Notes: generated from the letters alone by a model not told the origin. 63,539 nucleotides of DNA, filler included, from Reclinomonas americana ATCC 50394 (GCA_048213135.1; 15 parts of 15 records of this genome joined end to end with filler, not necessarily neighbours in it), one strand, 5' to 3'. Numbered from the whole stretch's first letter, positions 48,001 to 59,430 are shown. Numbers and translations are program-made.

Positions 48001-51000
48001 TGGATTTTTCGACGCTGATCTCGGGCACAGTCGGCGGCAGCGCACCCGCACCCGACAGCACGCCCTCGTATGTTTGCAGCACAGTGTCGCACCGCATGCT
48101 GCATACATGGGTGGCCACCGAGCACGAATCACTTGCCGACTATCGCGCCCTGTGCATGTGGTGTGCGGAAGATGACGCCGCCTTTGAGAACGGGTGCGTT
48201 TTCACACGCACTCTGCACACACACTCACACTGTCTGCTGATGCGCGTGCACGCAGTGGTCCAGTATTGTGTGCTCCACCGATTCTACTGCCGCCGGCAGA
48301 TGCCTCGGGTGTGACTTGCGTGTCGATGAAGGTGTCGTTGGTCGGATCGGCGTTGCGCTTCACAGGGGTCGAGGGCTGTGCCGCTGGATTCGATGCCGTT
48401 ACGTGCTGTGCCCCTTCATACCCACCGTCGGTACGGCTCTGCTTATCGATGGACGGTGCAGATGGTCGAGTTGCCGTTTGAGCTGTTGGAGAGGACAACC
48501 CTGACGCAAAAGGGTGACAGTGCGGATCTCAGTCGCACCCTCCTCGTCATGGGCCTCATGACGGTGTCGGAGTTGCGTTGACGCTGCGTGGCGTGGTGGC
48601 GTGTGTTGTGCGCAAGCTCATGGCGTGTGGCACAGAGCGATTCAAGTGTCGTCCGATGTGACGCAGGCGGTCATGCGACCGGAGCACGTCGGTTTGCTGC
48701 ACTGCAGTGATGCTGGTCTCGGCGATGAGGTGAGTGTGTGTGTCGACGATGCGATCAAAGTCCATCATCAAGTTTTGTCGCCGCTTACGCGGTGTCATTC
48801 CCCGTGCAGCTGGTAATCTATCGTCCAACGGTGATCGATGCCGCTGCGCTGCTGTTGCGTCTGCGAGAGCCGGTGGACTGGGCGAAACAGCTGGCGATTC
48901 CGAACGCACCTGTGACACTCGCTCCGCCGCCGCCGCCGGCAATGTCGTCGTCTGTGCCCGTGTCCAGCTCTCTCTTGTCCCTGCAAGTAAGTCTTCTACT
49001 TGCCCGCACACACACGCGCACACACAGCCATTGACTAGGCGTGATGTATGTGACGCTTGTTTTGCATGTAGGATGACGAGGTGGGCCCACGATGGATGTG
49101 GGACAACTCAGCAGACGGGGATACTGCGGCTGGCGGCGGCGGTGACGATCGCACCAGCGCGCAGGAGATGACGCCGTCCAGCGACAACACAACGCCTGTG
49201 TATCCGAACCGCTTCCAGACAGCAACAGGCTCGCTCTTGTCGCCCCAGGCGCCCATATTTACCGACGATGACGCCGACGACGACGATGAAGAGGACGACG
49301 TTGGTGATGACGACGATGGGGATTTGTCTGACCCGGATGCCGCCGCGGCGGTCGAGGTGGATGGCCTCTCTCCACCGCCTCCACCGCCACCACAACCACC
49401 ATTGCATGCGGCGGCGGCAGTTCACCACCTCGGCTGCCATTGCGGTCGCTGGCGGGCGGCGGCGGCGACCGACCGCTGACCACCATGCTGCCAACTGTGG
49501 AGTTGAGGCGACCCATCCATGTGCGCTCAGACGGGGATGGGCCTTCGTTCAAGGTCGGATACGTCTTTTCTGTGGTCCAGGTGCTGGCCGCAAAGAAAAT
49601 TGTTATCGTGCAGCACGCCGAGGACCATCGCAAAAGTCGGCTTCCCACGGACGTTTGCATGGTTCCAGGGGATGCTGAGCGGCGACCTTTGCACATGCAT
49701 CCGGTGTGGACCGAATTGTGTGCGTCTCTCGAGGCGTACACCTCTAAGTGAAGCGACGCACGTCGTCGTGGTTGAATCCATGTCCCCATGTCCCGCGTCG
49801 ACTCGACCCCACTCGTCGCCGACACAGAGACGCGCGAAGACCTGAAAGCAACACAACACTTGCACGGGCGAGGACACGCATTCAAGAAACAAGTTCCTGT
49901 GTGTTGTCGGTGTACGCAGTTGAGTGTGATAAATTGGGGTTTGCCCTCCGCCCACGTACATAGTTCATGTGTGTTTGCGCGTGCGTATTGCGTGTGTGTG
50001 GAGATGACACAAGGAGGGAGGAGATGCTCGAGCACCACAGCTGACACTGACATTGCGTGTGTCCTCGCAGTTGTCTGCGTGTGTGTGTGAGCTGTGATGA
50101 GTCTGACTGGCAAGCAAAACAACATGTTTGACGAGGCTGGCAAAACTTCGCGACGGTACACGGTACCAGGGGTGTCACCGTCACCAAGGTTATCTGCTGG
50201 CGAGGTGCGTGCATCAGAGACAACACGAGTTTGACAAAAAAAGTCTCATTTTTCTCACTCGCGCGCTCTCCTTCTTCGTGCACTGCTGGTGCAGGTTGTT
50301 AATGTTGACAGCGATGCCGACGATGGCGATGCAGTGCTTGAAGTCTCACGCGGGCAGGCAAGCAAGCCGCGGAAGAAAATGGCCGACCCCATGAACTCGT
50401 ATGCCAACAAGCCGCCCAACAAGCGCCCGAGGGATGATGTTGATGACGGTCGGAGTGACAGTGCGGATCAGCCGGCTACTAAACGCCCTGCTCCGTCACA
50501 ACGGCAGTGAGTATCGTTGGAGTGCTCCCTGCATGGCATCGCTAACTCTGTCTGACCCTCCCCATTTTTTATTGCAGAAGCATCAAACTTGATGCGGTGA
50601 GCTTTCCCGGTGATGGCTGTCTTCGTGAGCGCTTTCTCACTGCGTTTTTCGAGCACAGGTGCACTTTCACACACGCAAAAATGTGGGAAACGCGACGTTG
50701 ACTCTGAGTTGCGACGCTTTGTTGCACTCCGCTTGGTGACTCTCGTTTTGATCCTCGTCGCCACCGTGCTTATAGTGGAGAATGAAATCAAGCTCGCGTG
50801 CCGACCGGTGCAAGACGAGTGCTCAGTGTATATCAGATGGGAGCACATTGCTGTTGCTTACGTGCGTCGCCTTCGTGACCAGTGCTGCCTGCAACACGGT
50901 CGTCGCACTGACTTCTCTACGGTCGCGCAGTACTGCGCCCTGCTTGGCGATTCGGACGTCGGGAGATCACTGGCGCTTGTGATCAGGCACAATTGCAGCA

Positions 51001-51438
51001 TACCCCCCGAGGGCGGGCTTGTTGGCACGTTTATCAAAGTTGCCGCACAGAGTGATCCTGAACGCACCGTGATCATGTTGTTTTCCAAGTCTCGAGACGT
51101 GCGGCGGATCGAGGCGCTATTCAGGGAGCGCCAAGTGGAGGTGGAAGCCATGGATCGAGAGTTGAGTTTGCTCCACGCTTCAATTCCGTGTATTTGTCGC
51201 CGCTCACATTGTTGTCTACTTGTCGCCTCACGCAGCGGCTGGTTGGGATACGTGAAATCGCTCGAACCCGCGCCGCCCATCAGGCTGCAGAAGTTTGCCA
51301 GCCCGCCGCCAGCGCCGCATTCTGGTGGGAAGACACTTGCCGATACTTTGAAAAATGCACTGCCGTCAGAACTTCGGAGCACGGGCAGCCGCGGATCCCA
51401 GATGCAGTCGGCTGCCGTTAGTGGAGGTGTTAGCAAGA
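45076..51438 (+). CDS. One or more uncharacterised multi-exon eukaryotic genes
   Basis: Short coding-like blocks alternate with GT-AG introns. There is a CAG microsatellite near 45180 and an acidic/poly-Pro block at 49080-49400. No family recognised; limits are approximate. Confidence 0.4.
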
Positions 51439-51538
51439 NNNNNNNNNNNNNNNNNNNNNNNNNNNNNNNNNNNNNNNNNNNNTTAATTAATTAANNNNNN
51501 NNNNNNNNNNNNNNNNNNNNNNNNNNNNNNNNNNNNNN

Positions 51539-52504
51539 CGCGTAGTCGGCGACCACCGCGTTTTGGCGCGCCGCGATCGCCACGATCTCGGCCTTGCAGG
51601 CTTCAAAACGCTGCCAGGCGGCGCTGCCCTCGCGCGGCATGGCGCCGGCGTGCACCGGCGGCAGCACGATCAGGCGCCGCGTCGTAGCCGGAAAGACGGC
51701 CAGGCCCTGCTCCAGCCAAGCGAGCGCCGGAAAGCGCCAGCTGGCACGCTCGGCGAAGGACACCACGACGGCAGGGGCTTGCGGCGCCATGTCGGGCGCA
51801 TGACCGCCATAGCTGCGATAGAGGTGGGAGCGCGCGCGGGCGAGGTCATAAGTGCCCTCGGGCGGGGTGAAGACCTCGTAGCCATCGCCTCGCAGACGCT
51901 GCGGCTGCAGTCCGAGCCGGTGGGCAGCCAGGCGCAGGGCGATCTCGAGCGTTGTGAAGTTGAGTTGCTTGGGCCAGTCGTTCCAGGCGCTGTCGTCATA
52001 GAGCCAGGGCGGGAACGGCCGCGGCGTCAGCCGGCGCGCCTCGTCGGTCGCATCGGCCTCGCACCAGGTCTGATCGATGCCCCAGATCACCGTATTGGGC
52101 GACGCAACCTTGCGCGCGAACAGGCCGGCGAGCTGAGCCTGCTCCCAAGGCGTCGCGGCGTTCATGCCGAGATTGGCGAAGCGGGCGGACAACCCTTCGG
52201 ACAGGATCCGCGGGTCGAGCAGGCGCATGGTCGAGGTGCCGAATACCGCCGAATCGAAGGCGCCGGACTTGACGATCTGCGGGTACATGAAGCGCTGGTT
52301 GAGATCCATCAGCGGCCTTGCCGGCTGGCCCGCGCGGACGCGCACCCCATAGGGATCGAGCACGACGATGAAGCCGAGCAGCATCGCGGCCAGCATCAGC
52401 GCAGCGAGCGCAAACGTCAGCGTCCACCTGCGCCAGCCTTCCTGTGCGCCGCCCAAAACCACTCCTGTCGCATGCCCGTTCGCCATTGGTGCGGCTTCTG
52501 CCAC
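51539..52504 (-). CDS. Membrane-anchored conserved protein (SGNH/DltD-like, MBOAT-associated type), truncated
   Basis: N-terminal TM helix followed by 'VLDPYG', 'VFGTST' and 'FANLGMNAATPWEQ'. Confidence 0.55.
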
Positions 52505-52567
52505 GATGCGCCCGCTGGAACAATGTTGACCGGCGCGCCGGGCTTGCCTATGTCAGCGCCCCAGTGA

Positions 52568-52643
52568 GGGCGGGTAGCTCAGTGGTAGAGCACGTGACTT
52601 TTTAATCATGTGGTCGAGGGTTCGATCCCCTCCCCGCTCACCA
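52568..52643 (+). tRNA. tRNA-Lys(UUU) with encoded CCA; anticodon loop reads 8 nt
   Basis: Cloverleaf: acceptor GGGCGGG/CCCGCTC, D arm GCTC/GAGC, anticodon arm CGTGA-CTTTTTAA-TCATG, T arm GAGGG-TTCGATC-CCCTC, 3' ACCA. Confidence 0.93.
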
Positions 52644-52771
52644 TCGCAAAGACGCAAGCGACGCTCCTGCCTTCGACCATGGGGGAAACCTCGAGCATCC
52701 CGTTTCCCAGGATTCGGTAAGGGCACTGCGGCGAACGCCCAGGTCACGTCGGCCTCGGTTTGCGACAGTCT

Positions 52772-53761
52772 CTAGATATCGATCAGGGTCTCGGAGGGGA
52801 TGATCCATGACTTCGGAGTCGGCGCCCAGGTCATCACGTAGTTGTCGTTCTCGCCCGTCAGGATGTGTTCGGCACCGAGCGCGTGGAGGATCTCATGGGC
52901 GCCGCGCACGACCAACGCGCGCTGGGACAAGCCAACTCTCGATCTCAACGGAGCCCAGCACAGGCGGGTGCCGTTCAGGTTCTCTCCGACCGTACTTTCA
53001 TCCAGGGCGCGCAGATTGCGGCCGTAGAACAGCGTTACACCGGTCGTCTGGTGAAAACGTTCAAGGTCGCGCCAGGTCACGGCCTGCTCACCCGGTGGGG
53101 GCTGTTCCGCATTCTTGAGAATGAAAAGCGGCTTGTCCGGATCGATGGCGAAAGTCGGCCCGCCGCGGTAACTGATGCGCGGCTCTACGCGAATGGTGAT
53201 CGGCAGGCAGAGCAGGTTGGTCTGCGGCGTCAGGATCAAATTGATCCAGTTGAAGACATTCATAGCATAGCCTTTGAAGTCGTCCACGCTGCTGCTCGGC
53301 CCGAGGTAGACGGCGTTCAGATGGAACGAACTCCTGGCGCGTACCGGTATGCGTATCAAGCCGCGGCGGATACCTCCGACGAAATAGGCCAGATCGGTCG
53401 TGCCGGCCCGGCGACCGAGGATCGTCGCGAGGTAGCGCCGGTCGGCTCCCGCTTCGCGCTGCAGATCGACCACCATTGCGATCGTCGGGTCATCCGACAC
53501 GAGTTGGAGGTCGCCGGGAGCGTCATAGGACAGGCGTAGAGTCCGGGTCAGACCGAGCGGGATCATCTGGTGGACCGGCACCTTGTCGCTGATCAGCGTC
53601 CAGTTGCCGCTGTCGCCATGGCGCGCCAGCCTTCTACGGCTGAAGCCGTTCATATCGCACTCGCCGCGCAGGCTGCCATGCGGCGGGCGAATGTCGACCT
53701 TGCCGGCGGACTGACGCTGCTCGAGCGCCAGCATTTCCTCATCGAGCGCTGCGATCGTCAT
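52772..53761 (-). CDS. Hypothetical protein with C-terminal metzincin-like zinc motif
   Basis: 'AHEILHALGAEH' (HExxHxxGxxH) followed by a Met-turn-like 'NYVM'. The start is uncertain because it is close to the contig end. Confidence 0.65.
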   Translation of the reverse strand: MTIAALDEEMLALEQRQSAGKVDIRPPHGSLRGECDMNGFSRRRLARHGDSGNWTLISDKVPVHQMIPLGLTRTLRLSYDAPGDLQLVSDDPTIAMVVDLQREAGADRRYLATILGRRAGTTDLAYFVGGIRRGLIRIPVRARSSFHLNAVYLGPSSSVDDFKGYAMNVFNWINLILTPQTNLLCLPITIRVEPRISYRGGPTFAIDPDKPLFILKNAEQPPPGEQAVTWRDLERFHQTTGVTLFYGRNLRALDESTVGENLNGTRLCWAPLRSRVGLSQRALVVRGAHEILHALGAEHILTGENDNYVMTWAPTPKSWIIPSETLIDI

Positions 53762-53868
53762 TCTGCCGNNNNNNNNNNNNNNNNNNNNNNNNNNNNNNNN
53801 NNNNNNNNNNNNTTAATTAATTAANNNNNNNNNNNNNNNNNNNNNNNNNNNNNNNNNNNNNNNNNNNN

Positions 53869-54547
53869 CGCTCACGAAGATCGTCTTGAGGCCGAGCGGC
53901 GCCAGCACGCCGGCAACCGACGCGCCGGCCGACACCCCGCCATAAACCAGATGGCGCCTGACGAGCTTGCCGTCCCAGACATGCGACCAGGGCAGGATTC
54001 GGCGCGACAGGAAGCAGGCCAGGGAGCAGTAGACGAGATTTCCCGCCAGGACGCCGGCCACCACATGGCCGAGATCGCCGCCAGCCACGGCGCCGGCCAG
54101 TGTCGCGGCAGTCACGATCGTGGCGCGCGCTCCCTGGAGCCACGAGAACAGCCTGAACTCCTGGCGGAAGCGCAGCATGGTTAGATGCAATTCGCCGCCG
54201 CCCTGCAGGATTGCCGCGACGGCACCGATCAGTCCAAGCCAGAGCGGAACATCGAAGAGCGTCGCAGCGACGACGCCGAGCAGGCACAGAACGGCGCTGG
54301 CGATGAATTCGGCGATGATCACGCCACGTTCCGCCTGCTCGCTCTCTCCGTCGGGGCCGGGGTAGAAGCGGCTACAGACAGCGCGGAGCCATTGGAAGCA
54401 GGCGATATCGGCGAACTGAACGATCGAAACGAACAACGAATAGGCGACGTAGTTCGGCGCGGTCAGCAGGTTGGAAACCGCGATCAGCAGGCCGAAGGCG
54501 AGAACTGACTGGTAGAGATACGACCCCAGAGCGGCGATCTTGGCCAT
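53869..54547 (-). CDS. Polysaccharide biosynthesis/export (Wzx-like flippase), truncated
   Basis: Multi-TM protein with 'LLTAPNYVAYSL...FQWLRA..RFY'. Confidence 0.7.
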
Positions 54548-54716
54548 CGCCGCCTCAGACAGTCCGCCAAAACGCGAGAGCACACGACTGCAGAGACGCT
54601 TCGGCCTGGCCTCCGCCCTCCTCGGCCGAGCCGAAATCGCTGACGATGACCACGCACATATCGAGCCTCCCGAAGGAGCTCTTCTGACACGCAAAGATTG
54701 AGGAAGCGCTGACGAC

Positions 54717-54917
54717 TTAGCGCAGCGCGACGATCGCGAGACCGATCAGTGCGACGAGCGCGGCGGCCCACCAGAGCCGGCGCAATTGCGCGCTCTCCGC
54801 ATCGTGGCGCGTTTCGGGGCCGGACAGCTCTTCATAGGCGAAGGCCTCGCCAGCGAAACGCGCGGCCCGTTCGAGGCCGGTGATGCGGATCTTGGGTACT
54901 GCGGAACGCGACGCCAC
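54717..54917 (-). CDS. Small hypothetical membrane-anchored protein
   Basis: GGGGGAAGG RBS-like sequence upstream and a C-terminal hydrophobic helix. Confidence 0.5.
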   Translation of the reverse strand: MASRSAVPKIRITGLERAARFAGEAFAYEELSGPETRHDAESAQLRRLWWAAALVALIGLAIVALR

Positions 54918-55178
54918 GTGACCTTCCCCCCTTTGGCCAGCTTAGCCGAATGCGCTGTCGAGACCAGTCCCGATTCGCATCACGATGATGAAACTGCGGC
55001 CCTTAACGGCTGCTGAACCGGCGAATAGCGGGCGAGGTTCCATGGCCGGCTGTGCCATCCCCGGATGACGGCTCGGCGNNNNNNNNNNNNNNNNNNNNNN
55101 NNNNNNNNNNNNNNNNNNNNNNTTAATTAATTAANNNNNNNNNNNNNNNNNNNNNNNNNNNNNNNNNNNNNNNNNNNN

Positions 55179-55415
55179 TCCGCCGCGCGCTACGAGAGCA
55201 TCCGCTCGTCCGGTGCGGTCTCGATGGCGCCCTGTTTCCTGGCGGATGCCGATGCGGGGCTGATCCGGCTGGAGGAGCCGCCCGAGGCGACCGCCGACGA
55301 GATCTTCCTGGTGTCGCATGAGAGTAGCCGGCAACGGCCGGCGGTGCTGGCCGCGCTCGATGCCTTGCGCGCGCTGTTCCGTGAGTATCGCGGCCGGCTG
55401 GAAGGGCTCGGTTGA
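55179..55415 (+). CDS. LysR substrate-binding domain, C-terminal fragment
   Basis: 'MAPCFLAD...LIRL...IFLVSHESSRQRPAVLAALDAL'. Confidence 0.7.
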   Translation, partial: SAARYESIRSSGAVSMAPCFLADADAGLIRLEEPPEATADEIFLVSHESSRQRPAVLAALDALRALFREYRGRLEGLG

Positions 55416-55507
55416 GAAACAAGCGCGGTCACCAAGCTCCTTGGCGGTGGTCGGCCGTGCCGCGAAGCTGGAGATCGGATCGTGATCCGGGGCCTTCAAA
55501 AACTGGC

Positions 55508-56806
55508 CTACGTGACCGAACTCGCCGACATCATCGCGCGAAACATGAAGTTTCCGATATTGTTGTGGAGCGTGAAACCGTCGACCACACCGCCCTTCCG
55601 AGGGGCCCCGAATGACGTGGTAGGCCACGCATCCGCATCGAGCTGCAACCATTTGTGCGAACGGATCTTCGCGTCTTTGACGCGGGGGTCGTGAGGCGAC
55701 ATCTGCGTGACCTGTATATTGGTTGCCCCGGCGAGCTTCGGCAGGTTGCTGTGCTTTTGCTTGGTGATGAAGGCACTGTCGAAGTCGATCTGCTCCTTGA
55801 TGATGCCGGTGCCACCGACGTTGATCGCGAACCTGACGAGATGTTCGATGCCGGAGCTGAAGCTGGCGACCCCTACCGTGTCGAGCTTTGTGCCTCTCGG
55901 CGTCTTTCCGATCGCGGCCTGGCAGGCATCCATGATCGTGTTGAGCGTGTCGAAGCCATGCGACGCGAACATGTTCGTCGTCGACTGATTGGTCCTCGAT
56001 GCGGCGGTCATGAAGGGAACGAGAAGGACCATCGGCCGGACCTCGGCGAGCTGAACGCCTTGGATCAAGGTGTAGCGCTGCACACGTGGCCAATTGCCGG
56101 TGAACGTGGCATAGGTCCCGTTATCCGTCGACGCCATCGTATCGGGATGGAAGAACACATAGGCTCGCGTGAAGTCGCTCGTGTTCTCGGGAACGCAGGC
56201 GCCGATCCAGTACGTGGTCCCGTCCTTGTTCATGCGGAACAGGAGTTCGTGCACCGGGGCCGTGGCTGCCCCCATAGTGAGCGTCGAGCCTTTCGGGACC
56301 GGGCTACTCTTGAACGGAATGACGCTGCTCGTCACGACGGAGCTCTGTGTCTCGGTCGTCGAGATGTCGGCGCCCCGGATCGTCTGATCGATCTTAGAGA
56401 CAGAGCCGGTTTCGACGATGAGCTCGATGCGGGCGAACGGCATGCCGGTCTTGTCGAGCGCGGTCAGGGTGCCAGTGCCCGCGCTGGCCGTCTTGAGTTC
56501 GTAACGCAGGAACCATCGGTCGTCCCCATCCGGATCCGGCTTGTGTCCGCCCTCCTGGCCAAGGTAGCGCGTCGTCGCGAGGCGGTTGCCCTTCGGATCG
56601 AGGGCGGCCAGCTTCAGGATTTCGCCGCCGCGGCCGCCGCCCCACAAAACGACGACTTTGGTCGTGCCGACGGGCCCGATCGTCATGGACGCCAGCGCTC
56701 CGTTCGAGCCCTGCCTGAAACCTGCGTCGCTCGCACCGAGAGGCTTGACGAAATGGGCCACGGCACGCGCCTCCAGAAATAACCTTACGTCAGGCACGTC
56801 TAACAT
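55508..56806 (-). CDS. Orphan protein with possible alpha/beta-hydrolase C-terminal domain
   Basis: 432-aa ORF with 'YVFFHP', 'VLLVP', 'GVASFSSG', 'DFDS' and a late 'LH'. Confidence 0.55.
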   Translation of the reverse strand: MLDVPDVRLFLEARAVAHFVKPLGASDAGFRQGSNGALASMTIGPVGTTKVVVLWGGGRGGEILKLAALDPKGNRLATTRYLGQEGGHKPDPDGDDRWFLRYELKTASAGTGTLTALDKTGMPFARIELIVETGSVSKIDQTIRGADISTTETQSSVVTSSVIPFKSSPVPKGSTLTMGAATAPVHELLFRMNKDGTTYWIGACVPENTSDFTRAYVFFHPDTMASTDNGTYATFTGNWPRVQRYTLIQGVQLAEVRPMVLLVPFMTAASRTNQSTTNMFASHGFDTLNTIMDACQAAIGKTPRGTKLDTVGVASFSSGIEHLVRFAINVGGTGIIKEQIDFDSAFITKQKHSNLPKLAGATNIQVTQMSPHDPRVKDAKIRSHKWLQLDADAWPTTSFGAPRKGGVVDGFTLHNNIGNFMFRAMMSASSVT

Positions 56807-57107
56807 CGAATACCGAGGCTACTGTAGTCAAGTGGAATCGTGGACCTATAGATTTCGACCCCATGCCTTCAAAACGTTGGTGTAAGTGAATGCGATACAC
56901 CTATCTGCTAGGGCCCAAATACTGCTTTCCCCAAATCAAGACCATGCCGTAATGTCGACAGAAGTCCGGGCGTTCCGGCAAATCTGCCATGAGTAGAAGC
57001 CGACGTCATGCCCGACGCGGCGGGTCGATATCGCTAACCGAACCTTTACCATGCCGCGCTATAGTCCAGCCAGGTCCGCAAGGCGGCCCGGTCCAGCGGA
57101 GCGCGAC

Positions 57108-57368
57108 ATGCGATCAATCGTCTTGTTCTGGAAGAATGCGCGCGGCAGCATGGTCGCCGATGTTGCCAAGGCCGCCGCAGCGATCGCCTTCCTCTCCGTC
57201 ATCGCCGTCAATTTCGTCTCGAGCCACACCGCGCAGCTCGACCGCGACGCGATGCGCCAGGTCGCCCAGGCCGCAGCCAAGGGCCAGACGATCGATCCGC
57301 TGGTCACGGGCTCGATCGTGAAGCGCGCCAACGAAACGAAACTCGATCCCTGCGTCGTTCCGCGCTGA
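57108..57368 (+). CDS. Small conserved Hyphomicrobiales membrane protein
   Basis: GGAG RBS, one TM helix and a 'DPLVTGSI' motif. Confidence 0.65.
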   Translation: MRSIVLFWKNARGSMVADVAKAAAAIAFLSVIAVNFVSSHTAQLDRDAMRQVAQAAAKGQTIDPLVTGSIVKRANETKLDPCVVPR

Positions 57369-57371
57369 GGC

Positions 57372-58088
57372 TCAGGCGAGCCAGTCGAGCAAAGCTGCGG
57401 TGACGACCTGCGGCGCTTCCAGCGTCGACAGGTGGCCGCAGCCCGGTATTTCCAGATAGCGTGCCTTCGTACCGATGCCGCCGGCGATCTCGCGTGCCTC
57501 GTCGGGCGGCGTGATCGCATCTTCGGCGCCGACCAAGACCAGCGAGGGGACGGAGATCGTCCCCAAGACCGGCCGGGCATCGGAGCGGCCCATGATGGCC
57601 TGCTGCTGGCGGACGAAGCCCGAGGCGCCCACTGCCTCCGCCATCGCCCTGACCTCCAGTCGGAGCGCTTCATCGGCCAACCGATCGGGAGCGACCAGCT
57701 TCTGCCAGAGCAGGGTCACGACATTGTCGAAGGCGCCCTTTTCCGCCAGCGCGATCATCTGCACGCGCGGCGCGTTGGTCTCTGGCGTCGGAGGCTTGGC
57801 GGTGGTGTCGAGCAAAGCGAGCCGCGTCACCCGCTCCGGCGCACGCCGCATCACTTCAAAGGCGACATAGCCGCCCATCGACAGCCCGCACAGCGCAAAG
57901 CGTTCCGGCGCAGCCGCCAGCAAACGCTCGACCATGGCAGCGATCGTGGCGTCGGTGGCGGTCTCGGCCACGAGAATCGTCCGGCCCGGCGCCAATGACG
58001 GCCATTGCGGCGCATAGAGCGCGGGGGTGCAGTTCAGTCCCGGAATCAGGACCAGTGGCTCCGGAATCTTCGCCTGCATCGCAGCCAT
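57372..58088 (-). CDS. Alpha/beta hydrolase
   Basis: 'GLSMGG', 'GAEDAITP' and 'CGHLSTLE' form the catalytic triad. Confidence 0.92.
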   Translation of the reverse strand: MAAMQAKIPEPLVLIPGLNCTPALYAPQWPSLAPGRTILVAETATDATIAAMVERLLAAAPERFALCGLSMGGYVAFEVMRRAPERVTRLALLDTTAKPPTPETNAPRVQMIALAEKGAFDNVVTLLWQKLVAPDRLADEALRLEVRAMAEAVGASGFVRQQQAIMGRSDARPVLGTISVPSLVLVGAEDAITPPDEAREIAGGIGTKARYLEIPGCGHLSTLEAPQVVTAALLDWLA

Positions 58089-58230
58089 CCTCGATCAACC
58101 TAGCTAGAATGTTGACTTTACCCTGTTTTTNNNNNNNNNNNNNNNNNNNNNNNNNNNNNNNNNNNNNNNNNNNNTTAATTAATTAANNNNNNNNNNNNNN
58201 NNNNNNNNNNNNNNNNNNNNNNNNNNNNNN

Positions 58231-58870
58231 CGCCGATCAGCCCACGCGTTTCGGGGGTCAACGGCAGGTGGATCGAGATCACGTCCGAGGTCGACAGCAG
58301 CGCGTCGAGCTCGAGCTTCTCGATGCCCTGCCAGGCATCGCCAGCCGGGACATAGGGATCATAGGCGGCGACGGTCATGCCGAGCGCCCTGGCATGGCGC
58401 GCCGCATCGCGGGCGATCGCGCCGAAGCCGACCAGCCCCATGCGCTTGCCGGCGATCTCGCGGCCGATCAGCTTGGTCTTCGGGAACTCGCCGGCCAGCA
58501 TGGCGGCGTTGGCGAAATAGGCCCCGCGCAGCAGCGTCATCGCCGTGCCGATCACGTACTCGACCACGGAGAGGCTGTTCGCACCGGTCGCCGGGAAGAC
58601 CTGGATGCCGCGGGCCGAGCAGGCCTCCATGTCGATATTGTCGAGCCCGACGCCGAGCCGGCCGACGACCTTGAGGTTCTTCGCACCGACCAGCAGCGCG
58701 CCGCGAACCTGCGTCTGGTTGCGCACGATCAGCGCCGGCACGTCGGCTACGAGCTGTGCGAGCTCGTCGGGCTTGCCGAAGAGGTCCGGGTCATGGTGCA
58801 CGCTGTAGCGCGCCTTCAGCGCCGCCACCGCCGCGTCGTCCATGAATTCGGTGATGACGATGTCGGTCAT
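58231..58870 (-). CDS. D-isomer-specific 2-hydroxyacid dehydrogenase (SerA-like/SlcC-like), truncated
   Basis: 'RLGVGLDNID', 'GLVGFGAIA' and 'ISIHLPLTPET'. Confidence 0.88.
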
Positions 58871-58894
58871 GGCTCTTTCCACTGTGAGGTTCGC

Positions 58895-59430
58895 TCAGCC
58901 GAGCAGGATGATCCCGCTTGTGGCGACGACGAGGATGACGAGGCTGGTGCCGGTGACCACGGCGAGATGGCGCCAGCCGAGCCGGGCCATCGCCGCGATC
59001 GAAGTGCCGAGGCCGAGCGCCGCGATCGCGATCAGCAGGCCCCAGCGCGAGATTTCGAGGAGGATGTCGCGCACCGGCAGATAGATGCCGGCGAGCCAGG
59101 CCTGCGTGCTCAGCACGCTGTTGACCAGGCACATGATCAGGAAGACGAAGGCGAAGACCGGGACCGGGACCTTGGCGTCGCCATGGGTCTCGCCATGGCG
59201 GGTCAGCCACCAGCCGACGATCAGCACCGCGGGCAGCAGCAGGAAGACCCGGAACAGCTTCACGATGACAGCTGCGTTTGCCGCCTCGTCCGAGACGGCC
59301 TGGCCGGCGCCGACGACCTGAGCGACGTCGTGGATGGTTGCCCCTAACATGACGCCGGTCTGCTGCTGCGAAAGGCCGAGCCAGACGCAGAGCAGCGGAT
59401 AGGCCAGCATCGCGACCGTGGCGAGCACGT
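58895..59430 (-). CDS. YeiH/PSE family putative sulfate exporter, C-terminal part
   Basis: 'GATIHDVAQVVGAG', 'IVKLFRVFLL' and 'AIAALGL'. Confidence 0.88.

Noticed and set aside
57108..57368. Flp pilin call for the small protein ('FWKNARGS')
   Set aside because: It lacks the conserved E+5/Y of Flp pilins after the Gly, and no tad genes are adjacent.
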